64,000 nucleotides of DNA. It comes from an uncultured Gemmatimonadales bacterium (lineage in GTDB: Bacteria; Gemmatimonadota; Gemmatimonadetes; Gemmatimonadales; Gemmatimonadaceae). How positions within the stretch are numbered: the first letter of the stretch is position 1; every line of letters begins with the position of its first letter. The translations under genes and the position numbers were made by a program. The notes beneath the pieces were generated by a model, which was given only the letters and a program-made list of their open reading frames with translations, was not told the DNA's origin and ran no database searches. This document shows positions 21,385-32,884 of the stretch, piece after piece. The stretch spans positions 1,184,001 through 1,248,000 of the forward strand of contig CAWBZV010000003.1 in NCBI GenBank assembly GCA_963793305.1, given 5' to 3'.

Positions 21385-22182
21385 GTGGCTGAAGAAGATC
21401 CGTGTTGGCTGGCGAACGAAGGGGATGACGAGTCCGAGACGGCGCGCAAGGAGTTGATCGAGCTCCTGCTGACCCCAGGCGCAATCGCGACGTCCGTGCA
21501 GCCTATAGTTGATTACCGCACGACACCGCCCACGAACTGGGGGGTCGAGTGCCTGACGCACGGCCCGCGGGGCAGTGTGTTTGCCGATGCCGAGGTGCTG
21601 TTTCGCACGACACGCGTGGCCCGGCTGGAGGCGGAAGTGGACCGGGTGTGCGTCGCGATGGCGTTGCACTCGATGCGTCGCATCGCCCTCCCGTCGCGCA
21701 TTTTCCTGAACGTTCACCCGTCGACGCTCAGTCGCGACGCGTGGTTCCCGGCGTACCTGCGGGAAGTGGCCGAGCGATGGCGGATCGGCGTCGAGCGACT
21801 GACGGTCGAGATCGTCGAGCACGATCGGCAAACGCTGACGGGTCGCGTGTTACGGGCGGTCAACGCGCTCCGGGAGATCGGCGTGTCGGTCGCGCTCGAC
21901 GACTGCGCGGCCGACCTGGCGCACGATCCGATGCTCGTCGCGGTCCGCCCGGAATTCGTGAAGATCGCGAAGCAGGTCATCTGGGGCGCGCGTCACTCGA
22001 ACGCGGGGTTCCGCCGGTTGGAGCGCCTCGTGGACTCGACGAGCGCGCTGACCACGCTCATCGCCGAAGGCATCGAGACCGCCACCGATCTGGAGATGGT
22101 GCGGAGCCTCGGCATCTCACTCGTGCAGGGCTTTTTCGTCGGCCGCCCGGTCGCGATATCGGCGCTGCACAGTGAGCGGTAG
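21385..22182 (+). CDS. Stand-alone EAL-domain protein
   Basis: GAGGAG RBS; QPIVD, ECL, FLNV, EIVE, ALDD, VKI, IAEGIET, QGFFVGRP. Confidence 0.85.
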   Translation: MAEEDPCWLANEGDDESETARKELIELLLTPGAIATSVQPIVDYRTTPPTNWGVECLTHGPRGSVFADAEVLFRTTRVARLEAEVDRVCVAMALHSMRRIALPSRIFLNVHPSTLSRDAWFPAYLREVAERWRIGVERLTVEIVEHDRQTLTGRVLRAVNALREIGVSVALDDCAADLAHDPMLVAVRPEFVKIAKQVIWGARHSNAGFRRLERLVDSTSALTTLIAEGIETATDLEMVRSLGISLVQGFFVGRPVAISALHSER

Positions 22183-22827
22183 CCGCTCGATCGCATAGCG
22201 AAGCATGGTCCTCGGCATATGGCCCGCGTGCGCGTCGAGAAACCCGTGGAGTGTGGCGGGGGCGCGCTTACCAAGCTCCCGGAGCATCCAGCCGGTGGCT
22301 TTGTGGATCAGGTCGTGCTCGTCGGCGAGCAGCATCGACGCGAGCCGCACCGTGTCCCGGTACTCGCCCCTCTTTATAAAATGGTGCGTGGCGATGATCG
22401 CGATCCGTCGATCCCACGCATTTCTCGATCGGGCCAGCACGTCGAGCACTTGCCGGCCCTTCGTCGTCAAGTGGGCCCCGACAATCCCGGGAGCGGAACT
22501 GTCGACGAGATCCCAGTTGTTGATATAGCGGCGGTGCTTCATGTACACCCGATAGATCGCGGCGCGCTTGAGCGGCTCCGCTTTCGTGTAGGCGCTGACG
22601 AGGATCATGAGCGCCAGGTGCCGCTCCTCATGCACCCGCGACCGGAGGAGCGGCGTCACCTCCGTCAGCGACAACGCCCGATACTCGCGCGCGAGTGTCC
22701 GTAAGACCGGTACGCGAATGCCGAGGAACGGCTCAGCGCTCTTGAAGTATCCCTGCAGAAATCGCGCGCGCTCCGGCTCGGCCAGGCTACGCAGACGCTG
22801 CCTGATGGTGGACACGCGCGTCGTCAC
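22117..22827 (-). CDS. DNA alkylation repair protein (AlkD-like HEAT repeat)
   Basis: FLGIRVPVLR, NNWDLVDSSA, WDRRIAII, DLIHKATGWMLRELGKR, PRTMLRYAIE. Confidence 0.88.
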   Translation of the reverse strand: MTTRVSTIRQRLRSLAEPERARFLQGYFKSAEPFLGIRVPVLRTLAREYRALSLTEVTPLLRSRVHEERHLALMILVSAYTKAEPLKRAAIYRVYMKHRRYINNWDLVDSSAPGIVGAHLTTKGRQVLDVLARSRNAWDRRIAIIATHHFIKRGEYRDTVRLASMLLADEHDLIHKATGWMLRELGKRAPATLHGFLDAHAGHMPRTMLRYAIERLPLTVQRRYRDRAADEKALHE

Positions 22828-22862
22828 AAAAGAGAGAATATCCGCCCAACCTGACGGCCAGG

Positions 22863-23687
22863 TTACGGGCGTCGGACGCGCACATTCCCCTTGAATGTTC
22901 GAACCGTAATACGCGCCGAGCCATGTCCGACGACCAAGGACAGCTGCTGACCCCGCCCGGAAGCTCCGGCGATCGGCCGCACGGCCGGGATATCCGAGAC
23001 GATAGTTCCAAGAACCGTCGTCACATCGCATTGGCCGCCGAGGGTGGACGTGAGCGCCAGATCGACGGTCCCGGCGTAGTCGTCGATGTCGACCAGACCG
23101 ATATTCCCAGCATCGCCGACGAACCGCACGTCCCCGTTCACGGTGCTGACCCGTGCCCGCTCCAGACCAGTGGTCGCCACGTCGATCGCGCCACTGACGG
23201 TCGACGCGGTCAGGTCGCCGACCTGGCCGCCCAGGGTCAGACGCCCCTGACCGGTACGCGCCCGGACCCATGGTGCGGTGACCGCGATATTCACTTCTCC
23301 CGAGATCGACTCCGCTTCGAGGTCCCGCACTGTGCCGCCAAGGTGGATGCGGCTCGACACACCGTAGAACCACCCCGACACGTCCGTCGCCTCAATGTCG
23401 GCGCTGACGGCCTTGATCGACACGAGGCTCGATCGAGGCACATAGACGTCCAGCGTCGCCGACCCGGAGTCGGGATCGACACTCACCTTTACGCCGCCGT
23501 GCAGGGCGCCGTAGTAGAACGTCGAGCCACGCGCGACGGTGCCGCGGACGAGGACCGTGTCCTTGTCCCAGCCCACGAGATGTACGCGGCCGGCCGGCAC
23601 GAAGATCTTGACGCCCGCGCCCGGTGCGAGTGCCTGGCGGCGCTCGATCGGCGGTTGCAACAGGAGAAGCAGGGCGAGGGCGATCAC
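22863..23687 (-). CDS. DUF4097/adhesin-like beta-strand repeat protein
   Basis: Signal peptide; repeated S(I/V)SG(E/A/D)V motifs; follows an ECF/anti-sigma pair. Confidence 0.75.
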   Translation of the reverse strand: MIALALLLLLQPPIERRQALAPGAGVKIFVPAGRVHLVGWDKDTVLVRGTVARGSTFYYGALHGGVKVSVDPDSGSATLDVYVPRSSLVSIKAVSADIEATDVSGWFYGVSSRIHLGGTVRDLEAESISGEVNIAVTAPWVRARTGQGRLTLGGQVGDLTASTVSGAIDVATTGLERARVSTVNGDVRFVGDAGNIGLVDIDDYAGTVDLALTSTLGGQCDVTTVLGTIVSDIPAVRPIAGASGRGQQLSLVVGHGSARITVRTFKGNVRVRRP

Positions 23688-24139
23688 GAGGCGTTCGCCA
23701 AGAGCTTCATAAGGTCCACCTTGTGGGCGTAGGCCTCGGCCAGGAGTTGCGCCAAGGCAGGGTCATTTGGGCGCCGAGCCAACTCGGCCCTGAGCTCGGT
23801 GATCGCGCTGTCGATCGTTCCCAGACTCGCTCTGACCGAGGCTTCCGTTTCTGGCCGGAGCTCGCCGCGCCTCAGCTCCAGCTCATCCAGCAGATCTCGT
23901 TCTACCCGCGCGTCGTTCGAGGCATCCGCGGAATCCACCACGGCACGCACGGTCGCTGGCGCGACCTGCGTGACGTTGATGGCTGATCCCGGCCGGTGCA
24001 GCACTATGAGCACGATGGCCGCCGCGGCCGCAAGGCCAACGATCGGCCCGATCACGCGCCAGCGACGCTTGGCTTGGATTCGCCCCCGAATGCCAGGCCA
24101 CAGGTCATGGGGTGGGTCTATCTCACGCTTAAAGTTCAT
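23684..24139 (-). CDS. Putative anti-sigma membrane protein
   Basis: PPHDLWPGIRGRI followed by a TM helix (LAAAAAIVLIV); ATG overlaps the sigma factor stop. Confidence 0.65.
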   Translation of the reverse strand: MNFKREIDPPHDLWPGIRGRIQAKRRWRVIGPIVGLAAAAAIVLIVLHRPGSAINVTQVAPATVRAVVDSADASNDARVERDLLDELELRRGELRPETEASVRASLGTIDSAITELRAELARRPNDPALAQLLAEAYAHKVDLMKLLANAS

Positions 24140-24648
24140 TAGGAGGCCAGCATTTGGCGCGCTTTCCACAGCTGCGAGCGAACCGTGCCGGGAGCGCGTC
24201 CGAGGAAATTTGCGATTTCGTCATGGCTGTACCCTTCAATGTCGTGCAACACGAAGACAACGCGAGCCCCGGGTGGGAGTCGGAGGAGCGCGGCATCGAG
24301 ATCAATGCGCTCGTCGCTTCTCACCGGCGGTGTCTCGGCCACGGTCGTATCGTCCAACATGATGCGCGCCTCACGCCGTCTGGTTGATCGCATCTCCTGC
24401 AGCACCACGTTGACGGTCAACCGGTGCAGCCACGATGCGAACGCGCTGTCGCCACGAAAGCTCTTGATGCGCTCCCACACCCGCACAAACACATCCTGCA
24501 CCCGCTCGGCCGCGTCCATGCGATCGCCGGTCAGGCGCAGGCAGAGCGCATACGTCCGGGCGGCGTGGCGCCGGTACAGCGGCTCGAACGCGTCGAGGTC
24601 GCCTCGCTGCACCCGGCGCACCAGCGCCACGTCGTCCAGTTCCGTCAC
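24139..24648 (-). CDS. ECF sigma-70 factor
   Basis: GDLDAFEPLY, QDVFVRVW, FASWLHRLTVN, LPPGARVVFVLHDIEGYSHDEIA, GTVRSQL. Confidence 0.93.
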   Translation of the reverse strand: MTELDDVALVRRVQRGDLDAFEPLYRRHAARTYALCLRLTGDRMDAAERVQDVFVRVWERIKSFRGDSAFASWLHRLTVNVVLQEMRSTRRREARIMLDDTTVAETPPVRSDERIDLDAALLRLPPGARVVFVLHDIEGYSHDEIANFLGRAPGTVRSQLWKARQMLAS

Positions 24649-25694
24649 ATCGCTAACACGTATGCCATGCGCGCGCTGTCTCCGGCGTCGTCGCCATACC
24701 CGCCGGCGATGAGTACCCGACCGCCGCCGAGCGCGGTCGCGGTCGAGTAGTAGCGAGCGGCTGAGAGCCCACCGGTCACGGGCGCGAAGACTCCACGGGC
24801 AGGATCATACACTTCGAAACCCGCGCCGCCACCGGCGACGAGTACGCGCCCGTCGTCCAGCGGAACAAGCGCGTGGGCCAACTTGTATCGCGCCTCGTGC
24901 AGATCGCCCGTTCAATGAAATTTCTGCGTCGCCGGATCATACACCTCGGCCGTTCTCGATTTTGCGCGCCCATCGTCGTTGCCTGATCCGCCGACGATGA
25001 GCACACGTCCGTCAGACAGCACAGCCGCCGCGGCCTTGCGGCGGGGCTCGGTCATATCACCCACGGGCATAAATTTGCCAGTTGCCTCGTTGTAGACCTC
25101 GGCGCTGCCCAGCGTGTGCTGCAGGTCGGGTTCCCCGCCTGCAATGAGAACGCGTCCGTCGGGCAGGGCCGACGCAACGTGATACGCCCGGGCGACGCTC
25201 ATATCGCCGGTCGGCGTGAAGCGGCCAGTCACCGGATCATACAGCTCCGCGCTCTGCGTAGCGACCTCGCTGGATGCATCGACGCCACCGGCGATGAGCA
25301 CGCGCCCGTCTGGCAAGAGCGTAGCGGTCGCCTCCGCGCGCGGAACCGCCAAGCCGCCGGTGGGCGTGAATCGCCCGGTCGTTGGATCGTAGAGCAGAGC
25401 ACTGCGATAGATGCGGCCGTCACCACTATAGCCACCAGCCAGGAGCACGCGCCCGTCTTTGAGTAGTGTCGCGGTCTGGCTCATGCGCGGTTCGGGCATC
25501 TCGCCTGTCGACGTGAACTGTCGGGTGGCGGGATCATACAGCTCGGCCGTCGCCAGGACATCGTGGTTGCGGATCATGCCACCGGCGATCAGGACCCGGC
25601 CATCGGCCAATCGCGTGGCACTGTGGATCGCTCGCTGCGCGTGCATCTCGGGGCACGTTGGGCAGAGGAGCAGGGAAACCAGGAGCGGGAACAT
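24645..25694 (-). CDS. Kelch-repeat beta-propeller protein (frameshift near 24912)
   Basis: Seven repeats of the form ATLLxDGRVLIAGG...AELYDP; GAGGAGG RBS. Confidence 0.88.
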
Positions 25695-25761
25695 CAAGTG
25701 GCACCTCCTCGTCGTCTCGGTTGACGAAGGTGAGATGCCACTCGAGGGCTCCGTGCTTATG

Positions 25762-26643
25762 TCAGCATCCCCCTTCGTTCCCGGTCGAGGTCGCGAAGGC
25801 GTGGCCGACCTGGTCGAGATCGATCGGCTCGACATCCTTGGCGTCAGACCGCCCGGTCACACGCTCGAGGCTGACCTTGGCCTTGGCGTACGTCGAGTCC
25901 ACCGAGAGGGCTTTCTCGAACACCGACTTGGCCTGGGTCACGTGTCCGGTGCGCTCCAGCGCCAGTCCCAGGTTGTTCTGGAACGTCGCGTTGTTCGTAT
26001 CCAGCTGGGTCGCCCTTGCCAATGGTGAGAGTGCGTCGACATACCGACCGTTGTCGATCAGCACCAGGCCCATGTCATTCATGGCCCATGTATCGGTCGA
26101 GTCGATCGTGATCGCCCGACGATAGGCATCGAGCGCCTCGTCGACTTTCCCTAGCCGCGCGTTGACGCGGCCCAGGACACGCCAGCTCGAGCCGTTGGTC
26201 GAGTCGAGCGCAATGGCCGCTTGGATCTGCTCGAGCGCGTCGCCCGCCTTGTCCTGCTCGAGCAACACCCGGCTCAGATTCACCAGCGATTTCACTTGCT
26301 TGGGATCCTTGGCGATCGCCGCTTCGAACGCATCGCGCGCGCGATCGAGCTGGCCTGACTTCCAGGACGAGAGGCCGAGCATGTAGTAGCCCCACGCATT
26401 GTCGGGGCGATGCTTGGTGTAGACATCGAACATCCCCACCGCGTCGGAATACCGGTGCGCGGCGTACGCTGATTCCGCCGTGGCGTACGAGACGTTCTCC
26501 GGGATCACCGGAGCGCTCGGCGGCGTCGTGGCTTCCACCTTCGGGGTCGTCACCGGTTCGCCGGTCGAGACCTGTTGGTGTTTTTCGTGGCCGCCGCAAG
26601 CTGCGACGGAGAGGGCGAGTGTGGCGATCGTGGCGCGGTACAT
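25762..26643 (-). CDS. TPR-repeat lipoprotein
   Basis: Lipobox (VAAC) and multiple canonical TPRs (e.g. FQNNLGLALERTG). Confidence 0.85.
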   Translation of the reverse strand: MYRATIATLALSVAACGGHEKHQQVSTGEPVTTPKVEATTPPSAPVIPENVSYATAESAYAAHRYSDAVGMFDVYTKHRPDNAWGYYMLGLSSWKSGQLDRARDAFEAAIAKDPKQVKSLVNLSRVLLEQDKAGDALEQIQAAIALDSTNGSSWRVLGRVNARLGKVDEALDAYRRAITIDSTDTWAMNDMGLVLIDNGRYVDALSPLARATQLDTNNATFQNNLGLALERTGHVTQAKSVFEKALSVDSTYAKAKVSLERVTGRSDAKDVEPIDLDQVGHAFATSTGNEGGC

Positions 26644-26676
26644 AGAGACCTCGGGTTGGGGTTGTGCCCCACCCAA

Positions 26677-26692
26677 AGCAATCGCGCGACCA
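26677..26692 (-). promoter_or_regulatory. Sigma54 -24/-12 promoter (TGG-TCGCGCGA-TTGCT)
   Basis: GG-N10-GC spacing with TTGC, about 35 bp upstream of the TPR gene start and next to a sigma54 activator gene. Confidence 0.65.
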
Positions 26693-26777
26693 CGAATTAC
26701 GCGGCGCTTCGCGACCGTTTAAAGAGCTGTCACGATGGCACTTACGCCGCTTGCCCATTCTCCTATCTGACCAAATT

Positions 26778-26826
26778 GTGTTCGCGTGGACACGCGCCCC
26801 GAAGGGGGGTGTGTCCACGCGAACAC
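26778..26826. promoter_or_regulatory. 16-bp perfect inverted repeat: paired enhancer sites and/or terminator hairpin
   Basis: GTGTTCGCGTGGACAC (26778-26793) and GTGTCCACGCGAACAC (26811-26826); each arm is itself GTGT-N8-ACAC. Confidence 0.65.
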
Positions 26827-26832
26827 GCGAAC

Positions 26833-28185
<1,353 letters not shown>

Positions 28186-28257
28186 GGGTGCGGAGTTACA
28201 GGTGAAACGTGACCGCGATTATCATCGCAGACGAGTACGGTCGTCATGGGTGCGGAG

Positions 28258-29830
28258 TTACGGGTGAAACGTGACCGCGACGCGAGTGCCGCGGCCCGGC
28301 GCCGTGTCGACCGTCAGGGTCGCCGCGAGGTCGGTGACGAGTCGGCGCACGATCGAGAGCCCGAGCCCGGGTCCTTCGAACGCGCGTGCGAGCTGCTCCT
28401 GCGTCATGCCACTCCCCGTATCCTCGATCGTGAGCTGTCCGCCGGCGGTCGTCGTGATCGTCAACGCCCCTCCATTGCCCATGGCGTTGACCGCGTTCGT
28501 CGCGATGTTTTCGATAATGCGCCTTAGCCCCAAGGGGTCGGCTGTGATCTGCGGCATTGCGGGATCGAGTGCCAGCTTGAGGGTAATGCCGTCCGGCACG
28601 ACGACGGATCGCGCGATGGCGTTGACGTCGATGCGCTGAGGCTCGGCGCGCGGCGTCAGCAGCGCATAATTTCGCGCCAGCGCGTCGAGATACGCCACGC
28701 TGGCATCGAGCGTGGCGCGCCGCTCGGCGAACACCGGCGCGAGCGCGTTCGGATCCTCGCGGGCGACCTGGTCGAAGTGCCGGAGCACATGTCTCAGGGG
28801 CGCCAGCCCATTTTTGATGTCGTGCGTCACCTGGCGCGACAGATCCCCGATCGTCGCCCGCCGCTCGGCCTCCCGTAGCCGTACGGTGCTCGATCGCAGC
28901 CGGCGCACGAGCGCGCCGAGCACGCGGCTCAGCGTGCCGATCTCGTCGTCCCGGTTCGTCGCGAAGTGGACGTCGAGCCGATCGAGATCCAGCCGCTCTG
29001 TTTCGGCCGCCAGCGCCGCCAACGGTTGCCCGATGCGGGCCGCGAGAGCGACCGCTCCCAGCGTCGCGGCAATCGCCACCAGCGCGACGGCGGCCGCGAA
29101 CCAGCGGTCGACGCTGTGGCGCAACGCATCGAGCTCGGTGCTCGGAATGCGCGATGACGAACCGTGCCGTCGCGAGCGAGTCGTTCGACACGAACGGGAA
29201 CGGGATGTCGGCGACGATATCATTCGGTGCCGAGCCACCTGGCAACGCGAGCGACACGGTTAGTGTGCTATCCGTGCGCAGCCGCCCGAGAAAGGCCGAA
29301 TCGACAGCGACGCCCCCGACCAGCGTGATGCGTCGATCGCCGATGCGCGCGCTGTCCATGCGAGCCAGCACGAGCCGCGCCCCATCTGGCGTGCGCGCAT
29401 TGACGAGTGCGGCGCCTCCAGCCAGCAGGCGCGGCAACGCCGGATCGAGGCGATCGTACTCGTTGCGAAAATGCCCGGAGCTCAGGATCCGTCCGTGCTC
29501 GTCCTGCAACTGGAGCATGTCGAGCCCGGTCATCCGCATCGCCTGCCCAGCATAGTCGAGCAAGTACGCGCGCTCGCCGGCGTCGCGGAGTGCCGTGCGC
29601 AGATGCTCGTCATCAGGCACTGCGTCGCGCAACGACGCGAGCCGATCGCCGACCGCGGCGCTCGTCTGCGACAGGTCCGTTCGCGTGACCGCGGCCAGCG
29701 CCGCAACGCGCGAGCGATACTGCGCGGTGAGCCTGAGATCCATCTCGCGCCGCACGCCGATCGCGAGCCCGATCAGCGGCACGAGCGCGATCAGGCCGAA
29801 TGCCACGAAGAGCCGGCCGCGAAAGCTCAC
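28258..29830 (-). CDS. HAMP-domain sensor histidine kinase (frameshift near 29140)
   Basis: Two TM segments, HAMP (RDDEIGTL), H-box VTHDIKNGL, NAVNAM, DTGSGM, GLGLSIV. Confidence 0.85.
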
Positions 29831-30556
29831 GGTGTGGTCTCCAGCCGCATGCTCCGCGTCGTGTCGGCCACGACACCGACCGCGCCCCGTCGGACGATGA
29901 GTTGCGATCGCGTGTCCACGAGCGGCACGGCGTGCGATCCGCCGGATCTCGCAGCGCGCGCCGTCGATTGGCGTGCGCCATGGATAGTACGGCGAGTCGC
30001 CCGCAAGTCTAGGACGAGCCGCGACAGTGGCATTGTAGCTGTGCCACACCGAGACCGACGAGTCGCTCGGCGAGCGAGCGGGCGATACTGTCGTCGGCGA
30101 GGTAGTACGACGTCGCTCGGCGTTGGCCGGCCACCGAAGGTATCCAGTGGGACACGTGCTGTTTCGCCATGCGCGCGTCGGCGTGCACCGCATCCAGAAC
30201 GTCGGGCACGGAGTCGACGATGCTCGTGAGTCAGGGCATATTGCCGGTCCCACGGCAACGTGATACTCGCGAAGTCGTGGCGAGATGACGCGTAGCGAAT
30301 GACGGATGGGCGATCCGTCACCAACACATCGCCATCGCCGTCGATGAAATCGAGCGCCTCACGATCGGAGACGACGGTGACGCGGACGTTGGTGTCCCGC
30401 GCGAGACTGCCGCGCCAGCCGCACGCCGAACGAGTCGGTCGCGGCAATGCGCAGTGAGTCAGCGGCGATCGCGGGACCGGCGAGAATGACCGACACCGGC
30501 GACGGCGCGGGCGTGACGGCGTGGCCGCAGGCGAGTACGCACACCAAGAGCATGGC
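29827..30556 (-). CDS. Hypothetical lipoprotein, apparently split by several frameshifts
   Basis: Lipobox-like start (MLLVCVLAC) and plausible coding fragments across ORFs 30359..30571, 29827..30447 and 30009..30209; stop overlaps the kinase start. Boundaries are uncertain. Confidence 0.4.
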
Positions 30557-30580
30557 GTGACGTGTATTCACTACCGAAAG

Positions 30581-31177
30581 CTAAGACGTGGACGCGCCGG
30601 GTACCTTGCCCGCCACGCGGGCGGGATTGCCGACCATGATGACGTTCGCGGGCACAGCGCCCGAGCAGATGGCGCCGAAGGCGATGACGCTGTTATCGCC
30701 GATCGATGTCCCGGGCATGATGGCCGTCTCCGGCGCGATCCAGACGTTCTCGCCGATCGTGATCGCCGCGGTCCGAACCGGCGCCGAGGGATCGCGCCGG
30801 TTGATGGCGATCGAGTGGAAGTCGGTATCCATGATCCGACACTCGGACACCTGGGAGAGGCTTCCGATCGAGATGCGCTCCATGCACCCGAACCGCACGG
30901 CCACGAGATCGACTTTATTGCCGACGGTGATGACCGCGTTCAGGCTGTGCGTAAACGGTGTGGTCCGCTGGATGACCCGGACGTCATCGCCGAACACCAC
31001 GCGGCCGGGCCCGCGGACGACCAGCGAGCCGAAGACCCGCAGATTGCGGCCGGCCTGGAACCGGCGACCGCGCAGCGGCAAGTAGGCCTTGTAGAAATGG
31101 CCTTTCAGGATCGCGAACCCCACGCGCAACGTGCGACCGGGTTCGGCCAGGATCCTACGAAACCGGGATTGGGTCAC
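30581..31177 (-). CDS. Hexapeptide-repeat (LbH) acyltransferase
   Basis: IMDTDFHS, ITIGENVWIA, IMPGTSIGDNSVIA, GNPARV. Confidence 0.88.
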   Translation of the reverse strand: MTQSRFRRILAEPGRTLRVGFAILKGHFYKAYLPLRGRRFQAGRNLRVFGSLVVRGPGRVVFGDDVRVIQRTTPFTHSLNAVITVGNKVDLVAVRFGCMERISIGSLSQVSECRIMDTDFHSIAINRRDPSAPVRTAAITIGENVWIAPETAIMPGTSIGDNSVIAFGAICSGAVPANVIMVGNPARVAGKVPGASTS

Positions 31178-32639
31178 GAGTCTCGTCGGCCGCCGCCAGC
31201 CGGAGAAGCTCGGCGCGGTCGACCTTGCCGTTCACGTTCAGGGGAAACTGATCCAGTCGAACAATCTTGCTCGGTACCATATACGCCGGCAGCACCAGGG
31301 CCGCTGCGCGCCGGAGCGCATCGGGCGACTCGACCGCGCCGGTCACGAAGGCGACGACGCCCAGAGCTTGCGCCTGCGCAATGGGGTACCCCACCGCCAC
31401 GGCCCCGGTCACGCCCGGCTGCTGCCGTAGTACACCCTCGATTTCGGCCGGCTCGACTCGAAATCCCAGAATCTTGAGCTGGTGGTCGACTCGGCCGAGG
31501 TAACTGTAGATCCCGGAGGGGTGCTCGACCACGCGGTCGCCCGTGCGATAATAGCCCTCAACGAATCGCACCGCGGTTTGAGCGGGATCTCGCCAGTATC
31601 CGGGTGCCGTCTGAGGCCCGCCCACCAGAAGCTCCTCATCGATCACCCGCGCGCTGAGTCCGTCCAGTGGCCGCCCAATCGGCACGATGCCGTTCAAAGA
31701 CTCTGGCGCCACACCGGCCCACCGGTAGACGAAGCAAGCGATGGTCAATTCGGTCGGTCCATAGAGATTTTCGACCGTCGAATTCGGCGCCGCCGCCTGC
31801 CACCGCTCGGCCGTCTCATTGGTCAGCGGCTCGCCGCAGAAGAGACTCCACCGCAGGCTCGGCATGGACGCAGCCTGGATGCGATCGCGAGCCAAGACGG
31901 CCGCGGAAGGTACGGAGAACCACGACGTGAGCTGGTGTGCGTTCACAAACCTGGCCGGCGCCAGCATCTCGATCGGCGCCATGGCGTACAGGCACGCGCC
32001 AGCGTTCCACGTCATAAAAAGATCGTGCACCGACAAATCGAACGTCTGATCGAACGTCTGCGAGCACCGATCGTCAGGCGTCAGCCCGTAGCGACGGCCC
32101 ATGACGTCGAGATAATGCAGGACGTTCCGGTGCGTGATCCCGACACCCTTTGGCTCACCCGTAGTTCCGGACGTAAAGAGCAGATAGGCCAAGCTGTCCG
32201 GATCAACGGCCGGCAGATCGTCGAGCGGAACGTGCTCCCCTGGCTGATCGCCATGGATGAGAACCGGGACGTCACCGGCTACGGCATCGAGCAATGGCGC
32301 CGTGTCGCGATCGACGATGATCGCGTCGAGCTCCGCGCGACGGGCCATGGAGCGGGTGCGCTCGATGGGCAGCTTGGGATTGAGCGGCACGAACGCCGCC
32401 CCGCTACAGAGCGCGCCGAGCGTGCCGACGTACGCGACCTCGGACCGGGCCGCAAAGACCCCGACGCGCGCCGCGGGCCGACCGAGCGCGCGCACGATGG
32501 CCGCGGCGAGGACGCGGGCGCGGAGCGCGAGGGCTTCGTATGTGATGACCTGGCCGCGCACGACCACGGCCGGCGCGTTCGGGTGGACCGCGGCGCTGGC
32601 CAGCACTCCCGTGCGCAGCGACCGCGTGTCCTCCGTCAC
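31155..32639 (-). CDS. Stand-alone amino acid adenylation enzyme (DltA-like)
   Basis: A-domain cores LAYLLFTSGTTGEPKG, TFDLSV, NLYGPTE, YYRTGD, LGRVDHQLKILGFRVEPAEIE, PAYMVP, NVNGKVDR. Confidence 0.9.
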   Translation of the reverse strand: MTEDTRSLRTGVLASAAVHPNAPAVVVRGQVITYEALALRARVLAAAIVRALGRPAARVGVFAARSEVAYVGTLGALCSGAAFVPLNPKLPIERTRSMARRAELDAIIVDRDTAPLLDAVAGDVPVLIHGDQPGEHVPLDDLPAVDPDSLAYLLFTSGTTGEPKGVGITHRNVLHYLDVMGRRYGLTPDDRCSQTFDQTFDLSVHDLFMTWNAGACLYAMAPIEMLAPARFVNAHQLTSWFSVPSAAVLARDRIQAASMPSLRWSLFCGEPLTNETAERWQAAAPNSTVENLYGPTELTIACFVYRWAGVAPESLNGIVPIGRPLDGLSARVIDEELLVGGPQTAPGYWRDPAQTAVRFVEGYYRTGDRVVEHPSGIYSYLGRVDHQLKILGFRVEPAEIEGVLRQQPGVTGAVAVGYPIAQAQALGVVAFVTGAVESPDALRRAAALVLPAYMVPSKIVRLDQFPLNVNGKVDRAELLRLAAADETRDPIPVS

Positions 32640-32884
32640 GACACGAGGGCGGGCGCGTTCGACGTGTGGGCTTCGATGAACTCGCGGATGGCGCGATAGC
32701 GGGTCAGCGTGACGATCTGCTCGTCCGAGATCGTGAGCCCGTAGGTTTCCTCGAGCGACAGAATGAGCGCGACGTGATTCACGGAGTCCCACTCCGGGAT
32801 GGAGTTGAACTCCAGATCATCGTTCAGCGCGGCGGGATCGACCCGCAATGCGTTAGCGACTACCTCAGCGAGACGCATGGGCAT
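32636..32884 (-). CDS. Acyl/aminoacyl carrier protein
   Basis: About 80 aa acidic protein with a WDSVNH phosphopantetheine-site motif; start is 32884 or 32878. Confidence 0.85.
   Translation of the reverse strand: MPMRLAEVVANALRVDPAALNDDLEFNSIPEWDSVNHVALILSLEETYGLTISDEQIVTLTRYRAIREFIEAHTSNAPALVS

Noticed and set aside
26736..26755. Plus-strand TGGCAC...TTGC as a second sigma54 promoter
   Set aside because: GG-to-GC spacing is 14 nt rather than 10, and no credible plus-strand gene follows.
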